A program made the position numbers and the translations under genes. The notes under the pieces were generated by a model, which was not told the DNA's origin, ran no database searches, and saw only the letters and a program-made list of their open reading frames with translations. A stretch of DNA of 64,000 nt from Actinomycetota bacterium (lineage in GTDB: Bacteria; Actinomycetota; Acidimicrobiia; IMCC26256; PALSA-610): positions 16,368 through 80,367 of the forward strand of contig JBQTGT010000060.1 in the NCBI GenBank assembly GCA_052390615.1, written 5' to 3'. Positions 49,855-59,256 of this stretch are shown one piece after another; within the stretch, counting starts at the first letter, position 1; the number at the start of each line of letters is the position of its first letter.

Positions 49855-50649
49855 TCACGCGCCTTCTGACGGCGTCGCCTGGGTGCCCGGCGCGGGTTGC
49901 TCGGCGGGCGCCGACTCGCTCGCCGGTGCGGGCAGCCCCAACTGAGTGCGCAGTTGCGACAAGCGCGCTTGCGCCTCCGCATTGATCTGGGCTTGTTCGA
50001 CTTCGAGCATGCGGCCTTCGACCGACGAGCCCTGGAGATCGGACATGCCTTCGGCGCGCGCGACGCGTGCCTCGATCTTCTCGCGGATCTCCTCGAACGT
50101 CGGCACGTCCTCGCCGATGGTCGCGGTGAGCTGGGTCATCGCCGCGTTCATCTGCTCTTGCATCTTCGCTTGGTCGAGCTGCGACAACAGTCGCTGGCGC
50201 TCGGACAGCTTCTTTTGCAGCGCCGTCGAGTTCTTCTGCACCGCGCCCTTGGCCGCGTCGGCGTTCTGGGCGGCGTCGAGCAGCATCGCCCTCAAGCCTT
50301 CGACTTCGCGCTCGAGCGCGATCAGTCGGTTCGCGAACGATTCTGCCGCCGACTGGTACTCGAGCGCCTTGGCCGCGTCGCCCTTCTGCGTCGACTCGTC
50401 CGTCAGCACGAGCGCTTGGCGGGCGTTCGCCGTCACACGGTCGAGCTCTTCTTGCGCCCTGTCGAGGCGCATCTGCGTCTGCTTTTGGTGCGCGATGACG
50501 TTCGCGGCTTGCTCGGTGAGACGCCGATGCTGCTCTTGCGCCTCGTGGATCGCTTGTTCGAGCTGGACCTTCGGGTCCGCGTGCTCCTCGAAGCTCCCCG
50601 ACATGCGGGCAGTCATGTACTTCCACCAGCGGCGCAGCAGCTTGAACAT
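49855..50649 (-). CDS. pspA: PspA/IM30 family protein (actinobacterial Rv2744c type)
   Basis: WKY....F.EHADPKVQLEQAI, LLSQLDQAKMQEQ, P.F.E.R.KIE; coiled coil; ATG 50649. Confidence 0.93.
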   Translation of the reverse strand: MFKLLRRWWKYMTARMSGSFEEHADPKVQLEQAIHEAQEQHRRLTEQAANVIAHQKQTQMRLDRAQEELDRVTANARQALVLTDESTQKGDAAKALEYQSAAESFANRLIALEREVEGLRAMLLDAAQNADAAKGAVQKNSTALQKKLSERQRLLSQLDQAKMQEQMNAAMTQLTATIGEDVPTFEEIREKIEARVARAEGMSDLQGSSVEGRMLEVEQAQINAEAQARLSQLRTQLGLPAPASESAPAEQPAPGTQATPSEGA

Positions 50650-50668
50650 GGCGGGCAGCCTAGGACGG

Positions 50669-51427
50669 TCAGGAACGGCCGACCCGACCGACTTCCTCCA
50701 AGCCCTGGCGCAGCGCCTCCATGTCGCCGACGAGCTGGTCGACGTCGGCGCCGAGGCCCGAGAGGGCGGCGACGTCACCGGCCGACAGCGACAGCTCCAC
50801 CGCGCGCGCGACTGCCTCGTCGAGGCGGGCGTCGAGCACCTCGAGCCGCTGGCGGGCATCGGTGGCGACCGTCACGAGCCGCTGCCCGGAGGCGAGCTGC
50901 GCCTCGAGCGCCTGCACAGTGCGGTCCCACGACTCCCGCGCGCCGGGCGACTCGGGCCGCGTGTCGCTGATATGCCCCAACCGCTGCTCGACGGCGTCGA
51001 GCTCGAGCGAGCGCACACCTTCGTCGAGGGCGTCGGCGTGCGATGCGACGCGCCAGCACTCCTGCACCGCCGCGTCGATGCGGCCGCCGATCTCGCTCAG
51101 ACGGTCGCGCACCGGCCCGGCGCGAGCCGATTCGACCACCTCGCCGAAGCGGCGGCGCGCGCGCAACGCCTCGTGCACGTACCGCCGCCACGGTTCGGAC
51201 AGCGCCTTCGGATCGATGTCGCGCAGCGGGCGCGGCCCGCGGGGTAGACGAATGGCGACGGCGGCGCCGTACGCGAGCGCGCCGACGGCCACGATCGCGG
51301 CGAGCGGCGCGCCGAGCAGGATCGCGATGGACGCGCCGGCGCCGCCGGTGAGGATCGCGGCGGGTGCGGTGATCGCGGCCGCGGTTCGCCGGGACTTCAG
51401 GTGCTCCGGCAGCCGCTCGATCGCCAC
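50669..51427 (-). CDS. Two-TM plus helical membrane protein, PspM-like anchor
   Basis: Hydrophobic hairpin near the N-terminus then a helical bundle ending ALRQGLEEVG; immediately upstream of pspA; GGAGG RBS. Confidence 0.65.
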   Translation of the reverse strand: MAIERLPEHLKSRRTAAAITAPAAILTGGAGASIAILLGAPLAAIVAVGALAYGAAVAIRLPRGPRPLRDIDPKALSEPWRRYVHEALRARRRFGEVVESARAGPVRDRLSEIGGRIDAAVQECWRVASHADALDEGVRSLELDAVEQRLGHISDTRPESPGARESWDRTVQALEAQLASGQRLVTVATDARQRLEVLDARLDEAVARAVELSLSAGDVAALSGLGADVDQLVGDMEALRQGLEEVGRVGRS

Positions 51428-51513
51428 GAGAATAACCTCCCGCTCTGTGGGGCCGCTCGGGCCCCGGCTCGGGCGCCGCAGGATACCTGCGTCGCCGCTC
51501 CCCGCCTCCGCGC

Positions 51514-53322
51514 CTAGAAGTTGCTCACGACTGCGGTGAACACTCGCGAGATCGTCGTCGCGTCCGACGCGTCGTACACCGACGCATTGGTCGCTTCCGC
51601 GATGCGGCGCAGCGTTTCGAGGTCGGCGTCGGCTCCGTACGCGATCGCGAACACCCGTACCGGCTGTGCGCTCTCGCCCTCGCTTTGGGCGCGCAGTTTC
51701 TGGATGAGCGCTTCGAGGTCGTTGTTGTCGTCCTCGTTGCGGCCGTCCGAGAGCAACACGACGGCGTTGATACGCGTCTCGTCGAAGCCCGCGAGCATCG
51801 AGTCGTACGCGTCTGCGGTCGCGGTGTAGAGCGGTGTCCCCTCCAGCGGGGACAGGTCCTGGACGCGGCGCGCGATGGTCTCGCGCTGGCTTCCGACGTC
51901 GTCGACGGGCACGAGGTCAGTCCAGTCGGTGGAGGTGCCGCCGGTGAGATTGGAGGTGAAGATGCGCAGGCCCACCTCGTCATCGATGGAGAACTCGTCG
52001 AGCGCGTCGATCGTTGCCTGCTTGGCGAGGTCGAGCTTGGTCGCGCCGCTGTCGGGATCGCCCTCGTCACCCATCGAACCCGACGCGTCGAGGAGGAGCA
52101 GGACGCGCGCCCGTTTGCGGTCTTCGGCCCAGCGGTCGAGGAGGGCCGTCAGGACCTCGGGCTTCGGAACTTCCAAGAGCGTCTGCGGCTGGTTGGGGTC
52201 GACACCCCACTGCGCGCTGATCGGCTCGTCGATCGCGACGTCGGGATTGCCGGGCCGGAATCCGAACTCGAGCACTCGCTCTTGCGCTTCGGGGCGCTTG
52301 ACGAATTCCTCGAAGTTGCGGGCGCCCTCGCGCTCCCGTTCGTCGACCCACGGCGCGTCGAGCACGATGAACGGATTGTCGCTGTAGAGCGTCCCCTCCT
52401 TCGGGTAGACGGCGACCAGAGGCACGCGCGGCTCTCGCGGCGTCTCGCCGGCGGCGAGGACCCCGTCGGGGTTGCCCGTGTTGTAGTCGATGACCGACTT
52501 CTCCTCGACGGCGACGGCGGAGACGTACGTGAGCGACGTTCCGCGGACGTCGTTGCGGAACCAGTTGTTCAAGAACGTCATCGTGATGTCGCCGTAGTGC
52601 ACGACCGCGGACTCGACACCGCGCGCGAACTGCGTCACCTCGGGACGCTGCAAGTCCTCAAGGGAGAGGCCCGTCGTCTTGCCGGTCGCGGCGTAGTACT
52701 GCGCGATCGTCGCCGAGAGCGCGGAGGTCGAGTAGTTCGGGTTGGTCTTGCCGAGGCGGAACGGACCCCATTCGGGATGGTCGAACGCGCCCCATCCCTG
52801 CGGATCGTCGGCGAGGCGCAGGACGTCGGCGTAGCCGATCGGCGTTTCGGGGTAGCCGAGCGCGTCCGCCATCGGCTCCGGCATCGCGATGACGAGCGGA
52901 GTGAGCATGAACGGTTCGGACGGCGGTGCCATCGGGTCCTCGCCGCGGTCCGCGAGCCGCTGGTTCAAGATCGCGCCCCACGACGACGCGGCCGGCGACC
53001 ACACGACCGGCTGCGGACCGTTCGCGGTTTCGTCCGGCCAGCCTTCGGCGAGCATCTGCATCGCACCGCCCGACGCCTTGCTCTGCACACGGACGAACGC
53101 GCACGCGCCGTCGCCGAGGTCGGATTCGTCCGAGCCGTTGAATTGTTCCGCGAGGTCGGTCAACAGCGCGATCTTCTCCGACGAAACCGCCACGTCGATG
53201 GCGACACACTCACCGGGATCGGCGAGGGCTTCGACATCGTTCGAATTCGCGCTGTCCTCGTCGGACGCGCACGCGCCGACGAGGAGCCCCACCGCGAGGA
53301 CGCACACCGACCCGCGCCTCAC
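51514..53322 (-). CDS. Lipoprotein: extracellular solute-binding domain fused to C-terminal vWA domain
   Basis: Lipobox VGAC; SSEK, WSPAASSW, TPLVIAMP, KTNPNYSTS, YPKEGTL.SD.P; MIDAS DASGS...GTPLY...LSDG; GTGA overlap. Confidence 0.88.
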   Translation of the reverse strand: MRRGSVCVLAVGLLVGACASDEDSANSNDVEALADPGECVAIDVAVSSEKIALLTDLAEQFNGSDESDLGDGACAFVRVQSKASGGAMQMLAEGWPDETANGPQPVVWSPAASSWGAILNQRLADRGEDPMAPPSEPFMLTPLVIAMPEPMADALGYPETPIGYADVLRLADDPQGWGAFDHPEWGPFRLGKTNPNYSTSALSATIAQYYAATGKTTGLSLEDLQRPEVTQFARGVESAVVHYGDITMTFLNNWFRNDVRGTSLTYVSAVAVEEKSVIDYNTGNPDGVLAAGETPREPRVPLVAVYPKEGTLYSDNPFIVLDAPWVDEREREGARNFEEFVKRPEAQERVLEFGFRPGNPDVAIDEPISAQWGVDPNQPQTLLEVPKPEVLTALLDRWAEDRKRARVLLLLDASGSMGDEGDPDSGATKLDLAKQATIDALDEFSIDDEVGLRIFTSNLTGGTSTDWTDLVPVDDVGSQRETIARRVQDLSPLEGTPLYTATADAYDSMLAGFDETRINAVVLLSDGRNEDDNNDLEALIQKLRAQSEGESAQPVRVFAIAYGADADLETLRRIAEATNASVYDASDATTISRVFTAVVSNF

Positions 53323-54410
53323 CGCACCACCTCTTCCCAGAGTCCGCGCAGCGCGTCGAGCGCCCCCGGCGCCGGCAGCCCGTCGGTGGCGGGCAACGGC
53401 GGGTCGCCGGCGTCGTCGGCGCGATAGCCCGCGTCGAGCAAGGCGTCGCGCAACGGATCGTTCAGCGCGCCGGCATCGCCGGCGCCGCCGACCGGTGCGA
53501 GCACGACGTCGGCGGTGGCCACAGGGGCAGGGTAGAGGAGGACTGCCGCGTCCCGGACGTCGGCCGCGGCCCGTGCGAGCGCGCGGAGCGCGGCCGCCTC
53601 CGTGGCCGTGACGATGTCGTAGCGCGCGCCGACCGGCCGGGTCTGGAGCCAGCGTGCGAACGGATCCGTGTCGGGGTCGAACGCATCGTCGGGAACCGAG
53701 CGCTCGAGCCGTTGGAACCAGCCGGGGAACTCGTCGCTCGTCTCCCAGTCGAGCCGGGACACGTCGTCGGCGGGTATCTCGGGCGTGGCGAGGTACCCGC
53801 CGACCGCGTGGCCCAGCACCAGCAATCCCGTGGCGGACAACTGCGGTTCGGGATGGGCGGGCCGCACCGCGCCCCAGGTGCCCTCGCCGCCGATGTCGCT
53901 CCACGGAGTGCCCGCGACGTCGCCGATGCAGCGCCACGTCAGCATGCCATCGCACGCGGCGAGCAGGACGTCGGCCCGGTCGCGACGGGCCGCGACGGCG
54001 AGCCGGGTACGCGCGAGCGCGCTGGTGTCGGCGCCCAGCAGCTCGTCGACGCCGGCGCGCGCGCGGGCGTCTCGCACGATCTCCGGCCACGGCGCGAACG
54101 TGACCCACGCGTCGATTTCCGCATCGGCGCCGTCGGCGAGCGCGGTCAGCCGGGCGGCGGTCGTGCCCGCGGCCTCCACCGTGACGTTGGCGTCGAGCGT
54201 CCCGCACACCTCGGCGAGCTCGACGATGCACGCGATTCGCAGTCGATCATCGGAGTCGCGATCGGAATCGTCGGCGCCATCGGCGCTGCTCCCCTCGTCT
54301 TTGATGATGAGCTCGCGGATCGCGAGCGCGCCGCCGACCATCGCGAGGGCCACAACAAGCGCGAGCAACCGGGCGGGGAACCGCCGCCGGCCGGGCTCGG
54401 AGAGGATCAC
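53319..54410 (-). CDS. Membrane-anchored solute-binding-like protein (divergent relative of the neighbouring SBP domain)
   Basis: N-terminal TM; DAWV..PWP, WSDIGG..TWG, HPEP..SATG, LYP.P...AD. Confidence 0.7.
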   Translation of the reverse strand: MILSEPGRRRFPARLLALVVALAMVGGALAIRELIIKDEGSSADGADDSDRDSDDRLRIACIVELAEVCGTLDANVTVEAAGTTAARLTALADGADAEIDAWVTFAPWPEIVRDARARAGVDELLGADTSALARTRLAVAARRDRADVLLAACDGMLTWRCIGDVAGTPWSDIGGEGTWGAVRPAHPEPQLSATGLLVLGHAVGGYLATPEIPADDVSRLDWETSDEFPGWFQRLERSVPDDAFDPDTDPFARWLQTRPVGARYDIVTATEAAALRALARAAADVRDAAVLLYPAPVATADVVLAPVGGAGDAGALNDPLRDALLDAGYRADDAGDPPLPATDGLPAPGALDALRGLWEEVVR

Positions 54411-55831
54411 GCGCCGCTCTCGCTCTCGATTGCGGTCAGCGCCGTGCCGGGTGCGGGAATGTCGTCGGGCAAGAGCGTGCTCAAGTCTTCCTTCGTGGTG
54501 CCGGTCTTGTCCACGATGCGGGTCGCGTGCAGCTCGATCGCCGCCTCGAACAGGTTGCGCGTGAGCCGCGCGTTCCCGAACATCGACCCCCGCTCCTGCG
54601 CGTCGCAGTACGCGCGGACCTTCGCGAGCGCTTCAGTCGACGGGCGGTACTCGTTCTGTTCGCCCAACGACGTGAAGATCTCCACCAGCTCGTCGCTCGT
54701 GTAGTCGGGGAACACGATCGTCTTCGGGAACCGCGAACGCAGCCCCGGATTCGCGTCGAGCAGCTGCTCCATCGGCACTGGATACCCGGCCACCACCACG
54801 ACGAACTTGTCGCGCTCGTCCTCCATGAGCTTCAGCAGCGTCGCGATCGCCTCTCGGCCGAAGTCCTCGGCGCTATCGACCCAGAGCGCGTACGCCTCGT
54901 CGATGAACAGCAGGCCGCCGAGCGCACCCTTCACCACTTCCTGGACCTTGGTCGCGGTCTGACCCACATACCCCGAGACCATGCCACCCCGGTCGGTCTC
55001 GACGAGATGGCCCTTGGGAAGAACGCCGAGCACCCCGTAGACACGCGCGAGCAGGCGCGCGACCGTCGTCTTGCCGGTACCCGGGTTCCCCACGAACACG
55101 AGATGCCGGCTGCGCTCCGGGACCGGAAGGTTGTGTTCGACGCGCAGCTTCTCGACGCGTGTGAGGTTCACGAGCAATCTGACTTCGCGCTTGACGTCTT
55201 GGAGTCCGATGAGCGCCTCCAACTCGTCGAGCAGGCCGTCGAGGGTCGGTGACGCGGCCGGCGCCTCGCCCGGCAGCCCGCCGAGGGTGTGCGGGTCGTG
55301 CGACTCTCGCGCGTCAGGCAGGGGACCGGGCCGGACGATGTTCCGCGACCGGAGCGCGGCGAGCAGGATCGAGCGGTATTCGTCGAGCGCGGCGAGGGAG
55401 TCACGCGTGGGAATGTCGGCGAGCGCGCACATCGCGTGGCCCACGCCGAGTGCCGCCTCGTAGTAGACCCACGCGTTCGACGTCCATTGCTCGCGGTCGC
55501 CGTCGAGCAAATGGAGGAACAACGGCGACGGCGTCCGGATGAAGCTTGCGTCCCTCGTTACGGCCGTGCTGTGACGAAGATCGCGGAGCGGGCCGTTCGC
55601 CACCTCGGGATCTGACGGACCGAATGACCGGCGGAACGCGAGCAACTGGCGATCGCCCAGCCGGCCGTCTGCGCACACGAATCCGGCCGCAAGCTGACGC
55701 GCTTCCATGAGGAGGCCGCGCCGGACGCCGTCGGGGTCCGCGCCCTTTGCTTCCGGCCACATCATCACGAGCGGCTCCAGCCGCTCGACGAACTCACTCA
55801 CCGCCTGAGCAAGGATCTCGTCGCTACTCAC
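54407..55831 (-). CDS. CbbX/SpoVK-family AAA+ ATPase with TerB-like N-terminal region
   Basis: [51 protein letters not shown]; N-terminal CADG motif. Confidence 0.9.
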   Translation of the reverse strand: MSSDEILAQAVSEFVERLEPLVMMWPEAKGADPDGVRRGLLMEARQLAAGFVCADGRLGDRQLLAFRRSFGPSDPEVANGPLRDLRHSTAVTRDASFIRTPSPLFLHLLDGDREQWTSNAWVYYEAALGVGHAMCALADIPTRDSLAALDEYRSILLAALRSRNIVRPGPLPDARESHDPHTLGGLPGEAPAASPTLDGLLDELEALIGLQDVKREVRLLVNLTRVEKLRVEHNLPVPERSRHLVFVGNPGTGKTTVARLLARVYGVLGVLPKGHLVETDRGGMVSGYVGQTATKVQEVVKGALGGLLFIDEAYALWVDSAEDFGREAIATLLKLMEDERDKFVVVVAGYPVPMEQLLDANPGLRSRFPKTIVFPDYTSDELVEIFTSLGEQNEYRPSTEALAKVRAYCDAQERGSMFGNARLTRNLFEAAIELHATRIVDKTGTTKEDLSTLLPDDIPAPGTALTAIESESGA

Positions 55832-55835
55832 TTGC

Positions 55836-56402
55836 TCACGTTTCGTCCGTGCGTTCGATTCCTAGCGCGAGGAGGAGGTCCTCGTGCAGCTGCATCCACA
55901 CCGTGTGGTACGAGTCGAGACGCGGTGACGTGAACCAGTCGTAGTCGCCGTCGTCGACCTTGCCGAGCGCCGCTCGCAACCTTCTCGAGTACGGCCCGAA
56001 GCGCTCGACGTAGCGCGCGACACGTCGGACGACCGGCGCGGCGCGCTCGTCGAGTGCTCGCAAGCGGTCGATCACTTCCCAGTCGTAGCGGGCGTCGCAG
56101 TGATCGTTGGGAACATCCCCGGGTCGGACCTGCCAGTCGTGACACACCCGCATGAACTCGGTGTTGAGAGGGAGGAAGCGTTCGTAGCCGCGCTGCGCCG
56201 CCACTGCGGCGTCGCTTCCGAGCATGACGCGCGCCCACGAGGCGTGTGCCGCGCGTCCGGGTCCGGTGATGCGCACTGCGGCGCGGGCGCGCACGATGAG
56301 GCCGGCGTCGAGGAGCTGCGTGACGATGTCGGAGTCGTCGACCTCGACGAGCCCGCGCAGGCGCACCTCGTGGAGCAGCACGTAGCAGTCGCCCGGCAGC
56401 AC
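55836..56402 (-). CDS. wHTH/MarR-like protein with DSYHTVW..LHEDL C-terminal domain
   Basis: L.DAGLI....RITGPG wing, YERF..LN..F...[23 protein letters not shown]; resembles the family beside mycobacterial ppdK (Rv1126c-like, from memory); GTG start inferred. Confidence 0.75.
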   Translation of the reverse strand: MLPGDCYVLLHEVRLRGLVEVDDSDIVTQLLDAGLIVRARAAVRITGPGRAAHASWARVMLGSDAAVAAQRGYERFLPLNTEFMRVCHDWQVRPGDVPNDHCDARYDWEVIDRLRALDERAAPVVRRVARYVERFGPYSRRLRAALGKVDDGDYDWFTSPRLDSYHTVWMQLHEDLLLALGIERTDET

Positions 56403-56435
56403 GACGGTCCATCGTACTGAGTTAGATTCCGCGCG

Positions 56436-56786
56436 ATGAGCGAGATCGGCCAGGGAACCCGGGTGTTCGCAGCGCCGCCCGTGCGGGGGACCTGGCGGCG
56501 GTTGACGTCGCCCGACGATGTGCTGGAGCTCATGGACACCTCGGCCGAGGGTGTTGTCGCGTGCGTCGCCGATGCCGGGGCGACGTTCCTCGCGCCGATA
56601 TTCGACGAGTTGGCCGCGGTCGTGTGTCTCTCCGGAACTCCGCTCTCGCACATCGGCATCGTGAGCCGTGAGTACCAGGTGCCGTGCGTGATGAGCTTCG
56701 ACGGTAACGCCGACGAACCGGCCGATGGCGAAACGGTCGAAGTCGATTGCAGCGGCGCGGCCGGCGTCGTGCGGCGGATCGCGTGA
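56436..56786 (+). CDS. Stand-alone PEP-utilizing enzyme mobile (phospho-His swivel) domain
   Basis: AVVC..GTPLSHIGIVSREYQVPCV...DGE.VEVD...G.V matches the swivel-domain pattern. Confidence 0.85.
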   Translation: MSEIGQGTRVFAAPPVRGTWRRLTSPDDVLELMDTSAEGVVACVADAGATFLAPIFDELAAVVCLSGTPLSHIGIVSREYQVPCVMSFDGNADEPADGETVEVDCSGAAGVVRRIA

Positions 56787-57913
56787 AGCCCACGCTCGGC
56801 GAGGGCTGGACCAAAGACGACGTGAACCAGTGGATCGCGTACCACCGCGACATCTCGTACACGCTGACGACCGAGCGCACCGCCCTCGAATCCGCGCTCA
56901 TACCCGTCACAGCGTACATCTGCGTCGCGTGTGTCGAGGCGTACCGGCGCTACCCGGCGATGCTGCGCGAGATTGCGGCCGCGCAGCCGCCCGAGCAACT
57001 CGGCCGCGCTGGACACCGGCTCGCGACGCAGATCGACAACGTGCATCTGTGGGCGATCGCCAACTTTCCACTCGTCGGCCGCAAGGTGCTCGGCGGCGTC
57101 GGCATGCTCGATCCCGCCGACGACGCCGAACGTATGGCCACGGTTTTGGATTTCTGGCAACGAGCCGCGCGCGCGTACCGCTTCGACGACGGCACGCTAC
57201 AGGCCTGGGATGCAGGTGGTGTCGCGACGCCCTACCGCGCGCTCGTCGGCGATATCGCGTCCGCGTGCGCGCCGATCGAGTCGGACACAGACCGCGCCCG
57301 CATTGCCCGGCTCAACGCCTTGCTGACGTCGTACTTGTTCTTGTTGTGGTTCGACACCCGCTCGGGCTACCAGGACACTGGTCCGTACGTCCTCGATGAC
57401 GGCCGCGTTTTGATGTTGCGGGCGTTCGGTCGGCTCGGCCGCTCCCACTTCGCGTGGAGCGACCTCGTCGGCGATTCGATGATGTACTCCGACATCGTGG
57501 GCGCGTTCGTGCTGCGCGGCGTCGCCTTGCAGGTCACAGACTTCGGGACGTCCGTCACGCAACCCGAGGACTACCTCGCGCACCTCGATGCGTTTGCGCT
57601 GTTCGACGTCTCGGATGGCACCCTCGCGCCGATCGAGCGCGCCGGCGCCGATGCACTCGCCGCAGCCGCGAAGGCCGCGCAGCGCGCGCTGTACCGGATG
57701 ATCGCGCACATGGAGCGTCGCGAGAAGATCAACGCCGGCGCGTATGTGTACTTCTCATTCCTCCGACCGTTCGCTGAGCTCGCGAGTGTCGATCTCGACT
57801 GGACTGTGCCGCGCGACAGCATGGATCTGTACCCGTTTCTCGAGCTCGTCGACGGCAGCGCGCCGCCGGCCGTCGACGAGCCGTCCGACGCGTACTACGC
57901 ACCTGTCGCATGA
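56783..57913 (+). CDS. Uncharacterised soluble protein (376 aa)
   Basis: GTGA/ATGA overlaps on both sides; normal composition; motifs ERT.LES, FDTRSGYQDTGPY. Confidence 0.8.
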   Translation: MKPTLGEGWTKDDVNQWIAYHRDISYTLTTERTALESALIPVTAYICVACVEAYRRYPAMLREIAAAQPPEQLGRAGHRLATQIDNVHLWAIANFPLVGRKVLGGVGMLDPADDAERMATVLDFWQRAARAYRFDDGTLQAWDAGGVATPYRALVGDIASACAPIESDTDRARIARLNALLTSYLFLLWFDTRSGYQDTGPYVLDDGRVLMLRAFGRLGRSHFAWSDLVGDSMMYSDIVGAFVLRGVALQVTDFGTSVTQPEDYLAHLDAFALFDVSDGTLAPIERAGADALAAAAKAAQRALYRMIAHMERREKINAGAYVYFSFLRPFAELASVDLDWTVPRDSMDLYPFLELVDGSAPPAVDEPSDAYYAPVA

Positions 57914-58770
57914 GCTCGCCTCGGGACGAGCAACCACACGATGCCGGTCCCGAGCAGTGGTGGTCGGATGCGTGGCAACTCGATGCGGCGTCTGCCGACG
58001 GCATCGGACTGACGGTGCGGCTCGAGTGCTATCCGAACCAGGGACGCGCGTGGTACTGGACCTACTTCGTACTCCCCGACCTCTCGGGGCCTGTCGTCGT
58101 GCGCGATCACGAGGTGTTGTTGCCGCGCCAGGGTCTCGAGATCCGCGCCGAGGGATTGTGGGCCGAGCTGTGGTGCGAGACGGCGTTCGAGCATTGGACG
58201 TTCGGACTCGAAGCGTTCGGTCTGCGCCTCGACGATCCCGAAGATGGCCGTCGCGAGGAGATCGGGGAACGGATGCCGCTCGGCCTCGACCTCGAATGGG
58301 AGCGCACGGCACCGCTCCATGCGCACGGTGCGCACTGGCCGATCGCGGGGTACGTCGGTGCGGGCCGAGTGCACGGCGATGTGCTGCTCGGCCGGGCCCG
58401 CTACGAGTTCGACGCGTGCGGCGAATACCACCGGACGTGGGGTGTGCGGGACTGGGGGCGTCGCCACTGGTCGTTCGCGGCGGCGGCTGACGACGTGGCG
58501 CTGCACGTGGAGGGCTGCGACGAGGCCGTCGACGGGTTCGTGTGGCGCGGCGGGCAGGAGTCGGAACCAGTCGAGGATGCGCGTGCGGAAATCAGCCGGC
58601 GCGGAGCCGCACGGCTCGTGCTCGACGAGAGGCTCGAGATCGACGTCGACGCGATTGCTCGCGCGCCGGTCCCGATCGGCGACGGCGTCGTCCTCGAACG
58701 CGCGTTGTGCCGTTTTGCCTTCGACGGTCTCGCGGCCGACGGTTGGTCCGCGCAGACCGCCGCGGTGTAG
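57910..58770 (+). CDS. Uncharacterised Trp-rich beta protein (possibly lipocalin-like)
   Basis: EQWWSDAW, CETAFEHW, LDLEWE, G.V.G....G, H.TWGVRDW. Confidence 0.7.
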   Translation: MSSPRDEQPHDAGPEQWWSDAWQLDAASADGIGLTVRLECYPNQGRAWYWTYFVLPDLSGPVVVRDHEVLLPRQGLEIRAEGLWAELWCETAFEHWTFGLEAFGLRLDDPEDGRREEIGERMPLGLDLEWERTAPLHAHGAHWPIAGYVGAGRVHGDVLLGRARYEFDACGEYHRTWGVRDWGRRHWSFAAAADDVALHVEGCDEAVDGFVWRGGQESEPVEDARAEISRRGAARLVLDERLEIDVDAIARAPVPIGDGVVLERALCRFAFDGLAADGWSAQTAAV

Positions 58771-58780
58771 GCATGTGGTG

Positions 58781-59173
58781 ATGGAGATGGATCCCCGCGT
58801 CGCCGCGCTCGCGCTTGCCCGCGGCCGCGTCGTCGCCGGCCTGACGATGCTCGTGGTGCCGGGTCTGGTGGCGCGAGTGTTGATCGGCGACCGGTCGGCG
58901 ACCACGAAGGCGCTCGTGCGGATGATCGGAATCCGCGATCTCGCGCTCGGCCTCGGCGCGATCACCACGACGAAGGAGCACAGCGCTGACGCGGAGTGGG
59001 TGAGCATGGGTGCGCTCGCCGACGCGGGCGACGCGATCGCGTTGTTTCTCGCACCCGGCTCATCGGTGCGGCGGCTGCGCAACACGTTCGTCGCCGCGTC
59101 GGCCGCCGCCGCCGGGCTCGCGTCGGCGCGAGCCCTCGCGGACGAACGCGTGGCGTCGCCGACCTCGTCCTGA
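58781..59173 (+). CDS. Small membrane protein (DUF4267-like)
   Basis: GR...G......P, R..GIRDLALG, DAGDA motifs. Confidence 0.7.
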   Translation: MEMDPRVAALALARGRVVAGLTMLVVPGLVARVLIGDRSATTKALVRMIGIRDLALGLGAITTTKEHSADAEWVSMGALADAGDAIALFLAPGSSVRRLRNTFVAASAAAAGLASARALADERVASPTSS

Positions 59174-59256
59174 CGCCGCCTTACGCGGCAGCGGGATTCT
59201 GTTGGCAGAACTCGCGTGCATGGCGCGTGTTCGGGCTTCTGATGGCAGTTGGTGAG

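Noticed and set aside
51514-54410. ABC importer
   Set aside because: No permease or ABC ATPase (LSGGQ) gene in the cluster
54407-55831. AAA+ as type VII secretion EccA or Rubisco activase CbbX
   Set aside because: No TPR N-terminus and no ecc/WXG100 or cbbLS genes nearby; only the family assignment is kept
55828-56412. 194-aa Arg-rich ORF starting at ATG 56412
   Set aside because: Off-frame shadow; the frame ending at 55836 carries the conserved motifs
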